Notes under the pieces: generated by a model
What the model was told of the DNA's origin: nothing
The model's input: the letters and a program-made list of their open reading frames with translations, nothing else
Databases searched by the model: none
In this document: piece after piece, positions 10,099 through 20,646 of the stretch
Layout of the letters: each line of letters begins with the position of its first letter
Position numbering within the stretch: position 1 is the stretch's first letter
Origin: a virus
Direction: 5' to 3' (one strand)
IMG/VR virus record: IMGVR_UViG_3300014208_000004
Location: 1 to 64,000 of that record
Length of the DNA stretch: 64,000 nucleotides
Translations under genes and position numbers: made by a program

Positions 10099-10650
10099 AT
10101 GAATAAAATCACAGTAAATAATCAAGCAACATATCAGGGCGGGTACAATGGTACTGCCCTGAAAGTTGTTTTCATCAAAGGATCGGTTGTCAACGGTAGT
10201 ACAGTTCAACCCGTAGACATTGCGGCACGGGGAAACAATTTCAATTACTCTGTAGCAACCCCGGTAACACAAGCCGATGAAATCAATAAAAGATTTGTTC
10301 AAGAAACAAACTACGGACGGCAGGAATTGGGATCGGGACGTATTGACGTAGTATTCAATCTCATGGCAAACGATCAACTCCCAACTGCCAAGACATTGGC
10401 AGAACAGCAAGAAATGACCATCCTTGAAATGACTGGAGATGACCATCCAATGACAACCATTGTCAACGGAGTGGCAACCCCAGTAGTTTTGAATGCATTT
10501 CTTGGAGTAAGAATTGTTAATCAGGGAAGCGGTGCAGCAGTCAACCAACAGAAAATGTTGAATGTTGATGTTATATTCCGCGAACACTTGAACGGAGAAC
10601 AATGGAAGATGTTGAACCAATCTGCAAATTATCCTGCAGACGTAGCATAA
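10099..10650 (+). CDS. Tail tube protein
   Basis: 183 aa beta-rich ORF immediately after the sheath gene. Confidence 0.7.
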   Translation: MNKITVNNQATYQGGYNGTALKVVFIKGSVVNGSTVQPVDIAARGNNFNYSVATPVTQADEINKRFVQETNYGRQELGSGRIDVVFNLMANDQLPTAKTLAEQQEMTILEMTGDDHPMTTIVNGVATPVVLNAFLGVRIVNQGSGAAVNQQKMLNVDVIFREHLNGEQWKMLNQSANYPADVA

Positions 10651-10664
10651 TAACAGATCATACG

Positions 10665-10714
10665 ATCCGTAGCCGTTGACCGATAAATACGGCACGGTTA
10701 CGGATTTATTTTTT
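10665..10714 (+). terminator. Intrinsic terminator after sheath/tube
   Basis: ATCCGTAGCCGT ... ACGGTTACGGAT stem followed by TTATTTTTT. Confidence 0.65.
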
Positions 10715-10738
10715 ACACATAAAAAAGGAATACAGACC

Positions 10739-11152
10739 ATGGAACCGAAAAAGACATTCACGTTTACAGTAGAAGGCATTGGAACATTTGAAGCACTTGG
10801 AGAATACCCGGCAACACAGTTGTTCAAACGCAGAGATGAACTTGCTAATGTTTGTGGAGGTATAGGACAACTAATTGACCTTGAAGCCCGAGTACGATCG
10901 TACGAAGGAAGCCAGAACCCAATCGAAAAAGATATTTTCTTGAATGCAAATCTTGAACTTATTTACCGACAGACATATGTTGAGATGAAAAAAACTCTCA
11001 CAAAAGCCCCGGATAAATTTGTGTTGGATCAATTAACAGATGATCAATTTGATAAACTTGTAGCAGAGTACCGGAAACAAAAGGAGTTCTTTCGTAATCC
11101 CCAAAAGGCAGAGGGAAGCGAAACTGTACCAAGTACTGAATCTAACAAGTGA
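10739..11152 (+). CDS. Tail assembly chaperone (ATG 10739 preferred over TTG 10676)
   Basis: Lies between tube and tape measure; RBS AAGGA; ends ...KEFFR plus a short tail. Confidence 0.7.
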   Translation: MEPKKTFTFTVEGIGTFEALGEYPATQLFKRRDELANVCGGIGQLIDLEARVRSYEGSQNPIEKDIFLNANLELIYRQTYVEMKKTLTKAPDKFVLDQLTDDQFDKLVAEYRKQKEFFRNPQKAEGSETVPSTESNK

Positions 11153-11459
11153 TAAAGAAAGAATTCTCTCTAAAGATTTTCAAGAAGAAGTTGAACGGAA
11201 CAAAACAATAATTTTTGTTTGGAAAAATTTTTACAACTACTCAGCAACCGATCCAAGATTTATCAATGCAACAATGGAAGAAATATTGCAGGACTTAGCT
11301 GATATTAAAGCCAGAGATTACATTGAGAAATTTGAAACTTTTGATAAGGCATCAAATGACCTTGCAAAAAAACTTGTTTTAGAGCCAGTAAAAACTGCAA
11401 CAGATGAACGTCAAAAATTAGCTGATGAAATCAATGCTATCCTTGGGACAAAAAAGTAA
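11091..11459 (+). CDS. Tail chaperone frameshift extension (gpGT-like, +1 frame)
   Basis: The +1 frame is open from 11064 to 11459. It encodes WKNFYNYSATDPRFINATMEEILQD, beginning upstream of the called ATG. Shift site TTC TTT CGT at 11087-11095. Confidence 0.65.
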   Translation, partial: FVIPKRQREAKLYQVLNLTSDKERILSKDFQEEVERNKTIIFVWKNFYNYSATDPRFINATMEEILQDLADIKARDYIEKFETFDKASNDLAKKLVLEPVKTATDERQKLADEINAILGTKK

Positions 11460-13711
11460 TGGAAAAAGTTGGAATTGACATACAGGCAAACTTTACTGAT
11501 AACGCCAGCCAAGGAATGGATAATCTTGCACAAAGATTACGGCAACGAGTACAACAGATGGAATCAGCTACCAGAGATTATGAATCATCGGTAGAACGAT
11601 TTGCGTTAACCAGAAAAAGTAATCTCAAAACACAATTACAATCCCAAGTTGAAGCAAAGTACGGACGTATTGAAAGTATTTCAGCCGAAATTGAAAAAGA
11701 AGGGTTAGCCGGAAGACCAGAAATTATTGCAGTAACAGATAGAGAGCGGTTAGAAAGAGCACGAGCAATATACAAAGCACAATCCGAGGGATTGATAAGC
11801 GGAAGAAAACCAAGAGCCGTTGACAATCCATTTTCATTTTCTGTAATGAATGTAGAATCATACGGAAGCACAGAACTTTTACGAGCAAATATTTCAGAAT
11901 TAAAAAAGGGGACACTTGGAACGGATGAAAAAGGAGCGTTTACATCCGTATCACAGGATTTACTTTCACGTATTCGATCACGATACAGTTCAGGATTGAC
12001 CAGAGGCTTATCAGAACTTGAAAGCGAAAAAGAACGAATTGGTAAACTTCCCGCCGAGCAACAGCAAGCAGCACTAGACGAACTTTCCAATAAACAAGAT
12101 CGATTAGTAAAAACATCGATTGCCAGTGCAAGATCAATTCAAGAATTTTCCGATTCACTTACAGAATTTTCAGAAAAATCAAAAAAAGCACAAGGGGGAC
12201 TCCCATCCTATTTCATGGCAGCAGTAGGAGCCGTATTGCAAGTTGCTCAATCAGCAGGGCAACTTTACCACCTTAATAGAACAAGTTTTAATTTAGACAG
12301 TCCCGCAGGAATGGCAAATGCTTTATACGGCAGAGAAATGGGACAGCGTTCAATATTAGGACAAGGAATAGGATCAGCACTTGGAGGAGGAATAGGACTT
12401 GCAGCATCATGGGCACTTGCACCAGCAACTGGGGGAATGTCATTATTAGCGGGAATGGGAGCAATGTATGCAGGAAGTCAAATTGGAGGAGGACTTGGAT
12501 CAACATGGGCATCTATTGCAAATACTGGAACCGAAGTAGAGCAAAAGAAATTTAATTCTGCATGGACAAAGACACAACAAAATGTTGCAATTGCAAATCA
12601 AGCACAGACTGCAAGTGCAAATTTACGAAGATTCAAAAATATCGGTGAAGCTGGATTTTTAGGACTTGATGAAAGTCAGATTCAACAAGCAATAGCACAA
12701 AATGAATTTGGAAGAATACGAGGGGGGAATGATATTGGAGCGTTTTCAGAAGCAAGAATATTAGCTGGACGTGATAGAATTCCATTTGCCGAAATAGCAC
12801 CAATTGCAGGACAATATAAATTTACAAAAAGAGATATTGGCATAAAAGGATTTGATGCAATTCGTTCACGTACGGGAATGGAGGGAGCCGGACGAGAATC
12901 AGAATTGGTAAAAGGGATTCTATCAATTCAACAAATGTCATCTAGTGCATTTTCCGATCCTGCAAGTATTGCAAAAAGTATGAACTATCTTGCAAACCTT
13001 CCAACAAATTTATTTGAAAATGAAAGTGAATTTGGGAAATTGGGAGAAGCCGGACTATCAAAAATAAATGCGTTATCGGGAATGGTAACATCGTCAAGTA
13101 ATGCACAGGAAGCACTATTATTCCGAGCAATAAAACAACAAAATCCGAATGCAACATTTAATGAAGTTCAATTGCAAATGAGAGAGGGACTTGCGAATCC
13201 TAAAAATATGCAAGCACTTCTTGATACTGGATATTTAAGGAATAAATCTGTTGCACAACAATATTTAATGAGCACAACAACATTGTCATCTCAAGATATT
13301 AAAAAATTTTCAGATGAAATGGAATCGGGATCGTTTAAGATAGCTTCAGGAAACGATGTAGATATTTTTGGGAGAACAACCAATACACAGAGAGATGAAG
13401 CACTTACAATGGGAAGACGAGCATTAACCGCTGGAGAAATAGGAGCACAAACAGTTGCTCAATCAAATATTGGGGCAGGAATGGGACAAGTTAAATGGGT
13501 AACAGATTTTAATGTAGAATTCCAACTTCTTGGAAATACTTTTGCGACAAACACAAAGACAATAACTATGATGAAAACAGAATTATCAGAAGCAATAAAC
13601 GAACTTCAAAAATTTATAAATCTTGCTATTGCTAAACCAGATATTATTAAAGATAGATGGGCAGGAGCAAGAGATGTTTCATTAATGAAACAATATGATA
13701 CAGGAAGATAA
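11459..13711 (+). CDS. Tape measure protein
   Basis: 750 aa helical protein with a Gly/Ala-rich hydrophobic middle (GSALGGGIGLAASWALAPATGGMSLLAG), following the chaperone. Confidence 0.85.
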   Translation: MEKVGIDIQANFTDNASQGMDNLAQRLRQRVQQMESATRDYESSVERFALTRKSNLKTQLQSQVEAKYGRIESISAEIEKEGLAGRPEIIAVTDRERLERARAIYKAQSEGLISGRKPRAVDNPFSFSVMNVESYGSTELLRANISELKKGTLGTDEKGAFTSVSQDLLSRIRSRYSSGLTRGLSELESEKERIGKLPAEQQQAALDELSNKQDRLVKTSIASARSIQEFSDSLTEFSEKSKKAQGGLPSYFMAAVGAVLQVAQSAGQLYHLNRTSFNLDSPAGMANALYGREMGQRSILGQGIGSALGGGIGLAASWALAPATGGMSLLAGMGAMYAGSQIGGGLGSTWASIANTGTEVEQKKFNSAWTKTQQNVAIANQAQTASANLRRFKNIGEAGFLGLDESQIQQAIAQNEFGRIRGGNDIGAFSEARILAGRDRIPFAEIAPIAGQYKFTKRDIGIKGFDAIRSRTGMEGAGRESELVKGILSIQQMSSSAFSDPASIAKSMNYLANLPTNLFENESEFGKLGEAGLSKINALSGMVTSSSNAQEALLFRAIKQQNPNATFNEVQLQMREGLANPKNMQALLDTGYLRNKSVAQQYLMSTTTLSSQDIKKFSDEMESGSFKIASGNDVDIFGRTTNTQRDEALTMGRRALTAGEIGAQTVAQSNIGAGMGQVKWVTDFNVEFQLLGNTFATNTKTITMMKTELSEAINELQKFINLAIAKPDIIKDRWAGARDVSLMKQYDTGR

Positions 13712-15459
13712 TGCCTGAAAACTTTGAACATAGGAAACCACAGCCATTATTCAAAAACTTGTCTGCAGTAGCAAACGAGCAAGACCTAAGTCAATACGTT
13801 TTATCCTTTAGCACAAGTAAACGAATTGACACTAGCGCAGGGACATTCTCTGTAAAACTTGTTCCCGCAGAAATCTTATCAAAACAAGGATCATTGGACG
13901 GAAAAGTTACGAAGGATAACTGGGAAAGTTTTATTTATAGATCAATACGTCCAATGGATAATGTAATAATTGGAATGAACAATCAAACAATTATGTACGG
14001 ATTTGTAGATAAGGTTTATAAATCACGAATAACCAATGGACAAAATGTAGGACGATCAATAGTAATAGAGGGACGAGATGCAACAAAACTATTTTTAGAA
14101 GACAGCATCGCCAACGCTCCAGAACTTTCCAGCAATCCAGAGGTATTAAAAATACTTGGAGAACAAGCAACAAATTTTTTAGGATGGACTCGCGGACTTA
14201 TTAACAATGACAAAGACAATATCTTTGCAGATAGTTATCCAGCGCAGGCAATATTTTGGATATTAAATAATATGCCATCGGCACAAATTCAAAATACGGT
14301 AGCGGGATTGCAAACATCGTCAGGTTTATTTTTGACAAATTTAGTAAATAGAAAAGAAGATAAATTATACGATAATACGCTTGCACAATACAGCGGAAAA
14401 ATACTTGCCTACATGTCACAATGTATTGACCCATCATTTTATGATTTATGGATTGATACAGTTCCCAAAAAATACAACACGAAAGGGAGTGATGCACCAT
14501 GTTTATTTTTACGGCCAAAGCCATTTGATAGAGATTATGAAATTGACAGCGAGGGTAATCCAATATCATTTGATGGATTAACACCAAGCAAAGACCAAAT
14601 ACGATTAAGAGAAAAATCATACTGGCTAAAGAATTCAGTTCCAATGCTTTCTGAAAAAATTACTTCTTGGGAAAATTTAACTTGCCCGGTAAAAGGAGTT
14701 ATAACAGAAATAAACGGGAAGGATATACTTCAATTTGATGTTGGCGTATCTGATTTAGATGTGATGACAATGTTTAAGAGTGTATCAGTAAATGATCCAG
14801 TAGCAGCTACACAAGCAGCGCGATATGGAGGATATTTTCCTTTGATTGACTCAGAAATGATACGGTTATTTGGACTCAGAGAACTTCAAAGCAATTCCCG
14901 GATGATACCACCATTCAAAGACTATTGGACAGAAACAGCAATGGATCAAATTCAAAGTAATCCATTCACGGACACAAGAAAAACAATATCCGAAGGATTA
15001 TTCTCAGATAAATTCCTCACAATAAAAAATCTTTTGCCATTGCCATTTGGAATTAAAAAATCAACAAGTAATAAATCGGAAATTGAAAAACAGGTTATTC
15101 AAAAACGTGATCGAATATGGAGATGGAGTAGATATGCTCACATATTAGAAAGCGGGATTGCAAGGGTAAAAGGAGATTTTATTTTTGTCGGGAGTAAGAT
15201 ACATTTACCAGATGAATGGTCAAGAGGTATGGTAACAAATTCAAATAGAGAGCGAACACCAAGTAAAGGAATGGACTATTACGTAAACGGAGTGCAACAA
15301 TCCTATCAATTTGGAGGACAGTGGACAACAACGCTTGCAATATCCAACGGACAGAACGAAGATGAAATAGGTACATATTACGTTTTACGAAACTTTAATA
15401 AAGCGGCAAATATAAAAGCAAACGCAATTTTTACAGCAAAATATGGACAGACAAGATGA
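13711..15459 (+). CDS. Baseplate hub protein
   Basis: SFSTSKRIDTSAGTFSVKL, IEGRDATKLF and YYVNGVQQSYQFGGQWTTTL, consistent with a gp27/gp44-like hub. Confidence 0.7.
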   Translation: MPENFEHRKPQPLFKNLSAVANEQDLSQYVLSFSTSKRIDTSAGTFSVKLVPAEILSKQGSLDGKVTKDNWESFIYRSIRPMDNVIIGMNNQTIMYGFVDKVYKSRITNGQNVGRSIVIEGRDATKLFLEDSIANAPELSSNPEVLKILGEQATNFLGWTRGLINNDKDNIFADSYPAQAIFWILNNMPSAQIQNTVAGLQTSSGLFLTNLVNRKEDKLYDNTLAQYSGKILAYMSQCIDPSFYDLWIDTVPKKYNTKGSDAPCLFLRPKPFDRDYEIDSEGNPISFDGLTPSKDQIRLREKSYWLKNSVPMLSEKITSWENLTCPVKGVITEINGKDILQFDVGVSDLDVMTMFKSVSVNDPVAATQAARYGGYFPLIDSEMIRLFGLRELQSNSRMIPPFKDYWTETAMDQIQSNPFTDTRKTISEGLFSDKFLTIKNLLPLPFGIKKSTSNKSEIEKQVIQKRDRIWRWSRYAHILESGIARVKGDFIFVGSKIHLPDEWSRGMVTNSNRERTPSKGMDYYVNGVQQSYQFGGQWTTTLAISNGQNEDEIGTYYVLRNFNKAANIKANAIFTAKYGQTR

Positions 15460-16469
15460 TACATAATCTTCCACCAATAGAACCCGGATATGTGTCACCA
15501 TTTATGCAATATCCAGCAAACGATCCGATACAATATGCATTTCCACGTACGGGGAATTTTATTATTCTACGAGATCCGACAACAAAAATATTGCAGCCGG
15601 AGACGTTAGTTTTATTTGACGATTACGCAAGGATACAGCATGCACCAGCAAACGTATCATTATCATTTTCAGTAAGTTCACCAAGAGAGGGCAAGAAAAA
15701 ATTTCCAAGACCGTTTGTTTATGAAAAAGTTACGCAAAATAACATTGAAACATTGAAACTAATAACCGTAGGGGAAAAATTAAAAATTACGTACATTAAT
15801 GGAAATATAAAACAACCATTGGTAGAAGGAGCCATAGACAGTTTAGCAATTATTAATCAGGAGAATTTTTTACGCATTGATGAAAATAATCTTGACCGCC
15901 AAGTAGAAAAATATGAAACCGATGATTATGTTTATGCCTATGAAAATAATGGAAAAGGAGAATTCAAACTTTTTATTACGGGACTTCCAAAAGATGATGA
16001 AAAGAAAAACACCGGAGGAACAGGTAATATAACTATTGATTTACTTGGGACAGACGGGAACGGGAATACAACCTTTGGATTTAATGGAAGTTTGACACTC
16101 AATCAAAAAAATGTTGACAATAAAATCATTCAATTTGTAAAAATAGATTCAGTCAATAAAACAATTTCACTCATTCAAAATAAAGATGATGGAAGCGAAA
16201 TAGATCAATCAATAGTGATGGATGAAACTGCAAAGACAATAAAAATATCTGATGCAAACAAAAACATCCTTGAATTAAGTTCTGAAGGTGTAAAAATAAA
16301 CGGTGAGTATGTAGTATTGAAACCGATGTTGGACTGGATTATAGACAACGCAACAATATTCAGTATGGGAAATCTTGGAGTGCCAGCACCGATACAACCA
16401 TCAATTGTAACACTTGCACAACAGGCAATAGCAAACAAAACAGGATTTATCTCAAATAATAATCAATAG
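15456..16469 (+). CDS. Baseplate central spike-like protein
   Basis: Follows the hub; C-terminal short beta repeats and GNLGVP. Confidence 0.55.
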   Translation: MIHNLPPIEPGYVSPFMQYPANDPIQYAFPRTGNFIILRDPTTKILQPETLVLFDDYARIQHAPANVSLSFSVSSPREGKKKFPRPFVYEKVTQNNIETLKLITVGEKLKITYINGNIKQPLVEGAIDSLAIINQENFLRIDENNLDRQVEKYETDDYVYAYENNGKGEFKLFITGLPKDDEKKNTGGTGNITIDLLGTDGNGNTTFGFNGSLTLNQKNVDNKIIQFVKIDSVNKTISLIQNKDDGSEIDQSIVMDETAKTIKISDANKNILELSSEGVKINGEYVVLKPMLDWIIDNATIFSMGNLGVPAPIQPSIVTLAQQAIANKTGFISNNNQ

Positions 16470-16477
16470 GATCAACA

Positions 16478-16810
16478 ATGGCATTAAATATTGAAACTAT
16501 TTCAACAAACGCAAACAATGATTATTACAACAGTTTTACAAAAGCAAAACTTAATATTGCGTTTCCTGATGGGATACCAGCAAGTGCAGAAGCAGAAGCA
16601 AAAGCCGGAAGCCTTGCAATGATACAGGCAATTACAAAGGCAATAGTTGATAATATACAAAGCGATGCAGAAACAAAAGTGACAACAGCAGTCAACGGAA
16701 TAATTACAGCTATTAAGGGTGCTGTAGTTGTCCCAATGGATGGAGGAGCAAGTCTCAAAGCAACAATAATAGCGGCACTCCCAACCACAGTTTCAAATAA
16801 GATAGATTAA
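16478..16810 (+). CDS. Small baseplate-associated protein
   Basis: Synteny; VVPMDGGASLKA motif. Confidence 0.45.
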   Translation: MALNIETISTNANNDYYNSFTKAKLNIAFPDGIPASAEAEAKAGSLAMIQAITKAIVDNIQSDAETKVTTAVNGIITAIKGAVVVPMDGGASLKATIIAALPTTVSNKID

Positions 16811-16814
16811 TATT

Positions 16815-17648
16815 ATGGCAATCTTACGAATACAAAAGTCTGATAACATTATATTTCAGTTGCTTCAAAAAAATTTAGATGCAACCGATACAGTATCACA
16901 GCAGTGGAAAGAAATAAAAGTATTTCCAATGACCGTGAAACCGGCAAATCTTATTTATTCCGAAGCAAGCCGAACAGCCATAACACAGACCACGCCAGAA
17001 GAAGGATTCATAGATAAGTACGGATCACAATTAATGCAAGTAAGAATGAGTGGAACATTTGGACTGCAACCACGCCGTCAGGGGATATTAGTAAAAGATG
17101 GATATACACGCTTGATTGAATTCCGGGACGAAGTATACAGAGCTTCAAACAGGGTAAGACAATTTGAAGGCGAAAGAAATATTCAATTTTTGCGAGAACA
17201 AAAAAACGGAAACTATATTTATGCTATCAACTATTATGATTTTATCAATGATGAACAGCATTGTATAAATTTCACTTCATTTGTGCGAACATTAAACGCA
17301 ATAAGAAACCCATTTGAAACAACATACGATCTTAATTTTACTACACTTGGAAAACCAATTCAAGTAACAAGCAAAGACCCATTACTTTTTCTTTTGACAA
17401 ATATAAGTAATTTTACAGACAATGCAACAGAAGTACTTGATAACGCAATTGGAATTCTTACACCAGCAATAGATGTTTTGAATTTTGCACAAGAGGGCTA
17501 TGATTTAGCAGTTGCGGCAAGTAGTAATATTACAACATTACTTGTCCAACTTGGAGGAGCAATTGCAGGCCAGGTGTCATCGGTTAATACTACTTTATCA
17601 ACTACTGCAACCACGGTAGAAGAAAAATGGGCACAGATAAAGGGTTAA
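16815..17648 (+). CDS. Tail tube initiator-like baseplate protein
   Basis: SRTAITQT, FIDKYG, MSGTFG and NPFETTYDLNFT motifs. Confidence 0.55.
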   Translation: MAILRIQKSDNIIFQLLQKNLDATDTVSQQWKEIKVFPMTVKPANLIYSEASRTAITQTTPEEGFIDKYGSQLMQVRMSGTFGLQPRRQGILVKDGYTRLIEFRDEVYRASNRVRQFEGERNIQFLREQKNGNYIYAINYYDFINDEQHCINFTSFVRTLNAIRNPFETTYDLNFTTLGKPIQVTSKDPLLFLLTNISNFTDNATEVLDNAIGILTPAIDVLNFAQEGYDLAVAASSNITTLLVQLGGAIAGQVSSVNTTLSTTATTVEEKWAQIKG

Positions 17649-17649
17649 T

Positions 17650-18492
17650 ATGTCAATTCAATTAACAGAATATTATAGTAAGGTTCAAAATGCACTATTT
17701 GTATTTCAGGGCATCTATGATTCTATTTATCAACAGAGCCAACAAATAACCGATCCAGACTTTGATGCTTCCATTGAATGGAATGATATTCTATGGAAGA
17801 TACAAAACAACATCAATAATTTACAGAAAGCATACACCATTGAACGATTTCAACGAGTATCAAAAGAACAAATGCAATCGCTTTTTTCTGCCTATATTAA
17901 CAATGAAAGTCCGGGAAAAATAATTGTAGGATTTGTTCATACCATACGAGAATTTGATACGCTCAGGTTATTAGAAATTCAATACGGCGTTCCATGGCAG
18001 AACATTTTATCGTTTAATAATATCACGGTATCAGAATTTGAAACACAAACGACAATAAATATCCCGGTTCCAATTGATTTGTCAATCCGAGCAAGTAATG
18101 ATATAGCAGTTTTTGGAGACCAAACAGGAGATTTAATCTTAGGAAAGGATTTTCCAAATGAAATTGCAGAGGATACCGATGGAGATTTCAAAGTATTAAC
18201 AACAAGCGAAACGATAAAACAGGGAGTGCAAAATTTATCCGTAGCGCAACAAGGAGATTTGCCATTTTATGAAAACTGGGGATTAAATCTTGAATTGTCC
18301 GAGGATGTGCCATTTGAAAGCGTAGAATCATTTATACAATTAAGGATATTGGAAGGATTTTCAATCGATCCTAGAATACAAGCGGTAGAAGTTTTAGAAA
18401 CCGTTAGAACTCAAAACGCAGTGAATGTAACAATAGAATTAAGACCAGTGCAGGGTGATAATTTTAATATTTCGGTTCCTTTACCAACCTAA
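17650..18492 (+). CDS. LysM plus gp25-like baseplate wedge protein
   Basis: LysM-like HTIREFDTLRLLEIQYGVPWQNILSFNNI; C-terminal QGDLPFYENWG and DPRIQAVE. Confidence 0.7.
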   Translation: MSIQLTEYYSKVQNALFVFQGIYDSIYQQSQQITDPDFDASIEWNDILWKIQNNINNLQKAYTIERFQRVSKEQMQSLFSAYINNESPGKIIVGFVHTIREFDTLRLLEIQYGVPWQNILSFNNITVSEFETQTTINIPVPIDLSIRASNDIAVFGDQTGDLILGKDFPNEIAEDTDGDFKVLTTSETIKQGVQNLSVAQQGDLPFYENWGLNLELSEDVPFESVESFIQLRILEGFSIDPRIQAVEVLETVRTQNAVNVTIELRPVQGDNFNISVPLPT

Positions 18493-18498
18493 AAAATT

Positions 18499-19872
18499 AT
18501 GAAACAACAGCGCGATATTGAGAAAGATTTAATTCAGATATTTGTTTCACTCCAAAGCAAAGTTACAAATTTTGTTATTGGAAGTACAGCCAGAGCGTTC
18601 TTTACTTCAGTTAGTGCTACTGTAGCGGAGGTATGGAATGACCTTATCACAATTCAGCGCAGTTTATTTTGGACAACAGCAAAAGGAACTGCATTAGATT
18701 ATCTTGGACAGGAAAGTGGTTTGACAAGATTAACAGCAACAGCCGCGCAAACACTTTTAGTATTTCTTGGAACATTTATTACAGGAACGAGTACAAGTGT
18801 AGCGGCAAATACTCTCAATGATACAACAAAAGCATGGACAGTAAATGATTTTATCAATGGGGTATGGATTCTTATTGATAGTGCAAACATAGAGTTTACA
18901 ATTACTGGAAACACAGCAACGAGCATAACGGTAGTTGGAAATCCCGCAGCGGGAACATATTATATACTCCCAAAAGTTCCAGCGGGAACAATAGTAAGGA
19001 ACTCAATTTCTAATATTGGATTTGTTACTCAATGGGATGTAATTGTAGGAAAAGATAATTTATCCCTTGGAGGACAATCAACTTCAACAGGGTTAGGATC
19101 AAGAACAATTGCAATTGCTCAAACGACAGGAAGCACGGGAGTATCACAGGCAAATACCATAACAGTTTTAAGTCCGGCAATTAATGGAATAACAAGTGTA
19201 ACAAACCCAGTCCCAACACAATCACGAACAGGATTAGATGCAGAAACAGACGATCAATTCAGAGATAGACATAAAAACATTATCAGTTCTTTGAATATTG
19301 ATACTCAGGCATTTTATGAAGCCCAATCAATATTAAGCGATGCAAATGTTTTAAGAACAATTGCAAAAAAAGATTTTACTACGGACGGGGTAAAAATATT
19401 AGTCAGGTCACGAAACGCGGTAGATTTTACAGCACCAGAATTAAGTGCTATTGGTGTAGATGTTGCTTTATACAGCCGTTCATTTGAGACTATTACAGTA
19501 GAGAATATGGATATGACTGATATAACAATTACATTCAGAGTAACATTAAAAACAGGAGCAACTTTAGAAAGCGTATATGTTCAGGCGGCAGATGTTATTG
19601 CAAATTATTTAGATTACGCAACGTGGAAAACAGATAAAATATTATACGATGCTGTTATTATTGAAGAACTATTGAAAATTAACGATATTCAAGATATAGA
19701 TTTAGTTACCTTTACATTAACGGCACAGAAAAACGCACAACCAGCGGGAAGTGGAACAATAACTTTTATAGAATCACTTCCACGATTAGCAAGACTATCA
19801 ATTACAAATGTAGCCGATAATACTATGATAGATTATACATTATCTCAAGCATCAATAATAGTAAACGCTTAA
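18499..19872 (+). CDS. Baseplate J-like protein
   Basis: TNFVIGSTARA, TAKGTALD, VTNP and GLDAETDDQFRDR motifs. Confidence 0.9.
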   Translation: MKQQRDIEKDLIQIFVSLQSKVTNFVIGSTARAFFTSVSATVAEVWNDLITIQRSLFWTTAKGTALDYLGQESGLTRLTATAAQTLLVFLGTFITGTSTSVAANTLNDTTKAWTVNDFINGVWILIDSANIEFTITGNTATSITVVGNPAAGTYYILPKVPAGTIVRNSISNIGFVTQWDVIVGKDNLSLGGQSTSTGLGSRTIAIAQTTGSTGVSQANTITVLSPAINGITSVTNPVPTQSRTGLDAETDDQFRDRHKNIISSLNIDTQAFYEAQSILSDANVLRTIAKKDFTTDGVKILVRSRNAVDFTAPELSAIGVDVALYSRSFETITVENMDMTDITITFRVTLKTGATLESVYVQAADVIANYLDYATWKTDKILYDAVIIEELLKINDIQDIDLVTFTLTAQKNAQPAGSGTITFIESLPRLARLSITNVADNTMIDYTLSQASIIVNA

Positions 19873-19891
19873 TTATTTAAGGACAACGATA

Positions 19892-20635
19892 ATGGCACTT
19901 ATAACAAGCATATCAAATTATTTGTCAAATCTACGAACGTACACATTAACACAAATTACAAATATTGTTGATGCACAGTTCAGGGGGGATACATTAGGAA
20001 CCAAAGCAAACAAAGAATATCACTATAATAACATTGCAGGATATTTACAGGCGTTAGGATGGGCAAGTTATTCTAAGAACACATTATTTGTAAAATTAGA
20101 TGCACCAGTTGATTTTAATGGATCGGATAGTATGATATTCCAAACTGCACAAAAAGCAGTTGATGCAATCCCAACAATAGGAGCATTAATGCCAACAGCA
20201 ATTAATCCCTATGTAATCATTGGTGATCCATTGGTAGATTTTTCTGCAGTTGACTGGACTGCACACATCGCAGCGGGGACATTCCCATTTATCACAACTA
20301 CAAAAAATATCCCGAATCCAACATACAGACGACTTGCTCTAACATCAATAACAACGTTAACGGATGCAATTCCTGCCGGAATGAGAATCACTTCAATAGT
20401 AATTTTTAATACAACCGCAAACGCCGTAACAGGAGGAATAAAAATTGGGACAACAGCCGGAGGAACCGAGGTGGTAGTAGCTGAAGCCGTTGGAGCAAAT
20501 GCACTTGTTGATGCAACACTAGTTAAAAAAATATTTTCCACAACAGCATTTACAACACTTTATATTGATGCAGTAACAGCATGGAACAATGCTTCACTAA
20601 ATATTTATATTATCCTTGCACCATTCAAATTATAA
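19892..20635 (+). CDS. Tail/virion structural protein
   Basis: Ala/Thr-rich with a C-terminal beta domain (IPAGMRITSIVIFNTTANAVTGGIKIGTTAGG). Confidence 0.55.
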   Translation: MALITSISNYLSNLRTYTLTQITNIVDAQFRGDTLGTKANKEYHYNNIAGYLQALGWASYSKNTLFVKLDAPVDFNGSDSMIFQTAQKAVDAIPTIGALMPTAINPYVIIGDPLVDFSAVDWTAHIAAGTFPFITTTKNIPNPTYRRLALTSITTLTDAIPAGMRITSIVIFNTTANAVTGGIKIGTTAGGTEVVVAEAVGANALVDATLVKKIFSTTAFTTLYIDAVTAWNNASLNIYIILAPFKL

Positions 20636-20646
20636 CAGGATAAAAA

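Noticed and set aside
10072-10827. 251-aa minus-strand ORF
   Set aside because: It is antisense to the tail tube gene and spans a terminator, with no recognisable motif, so it is a shadow ORF.
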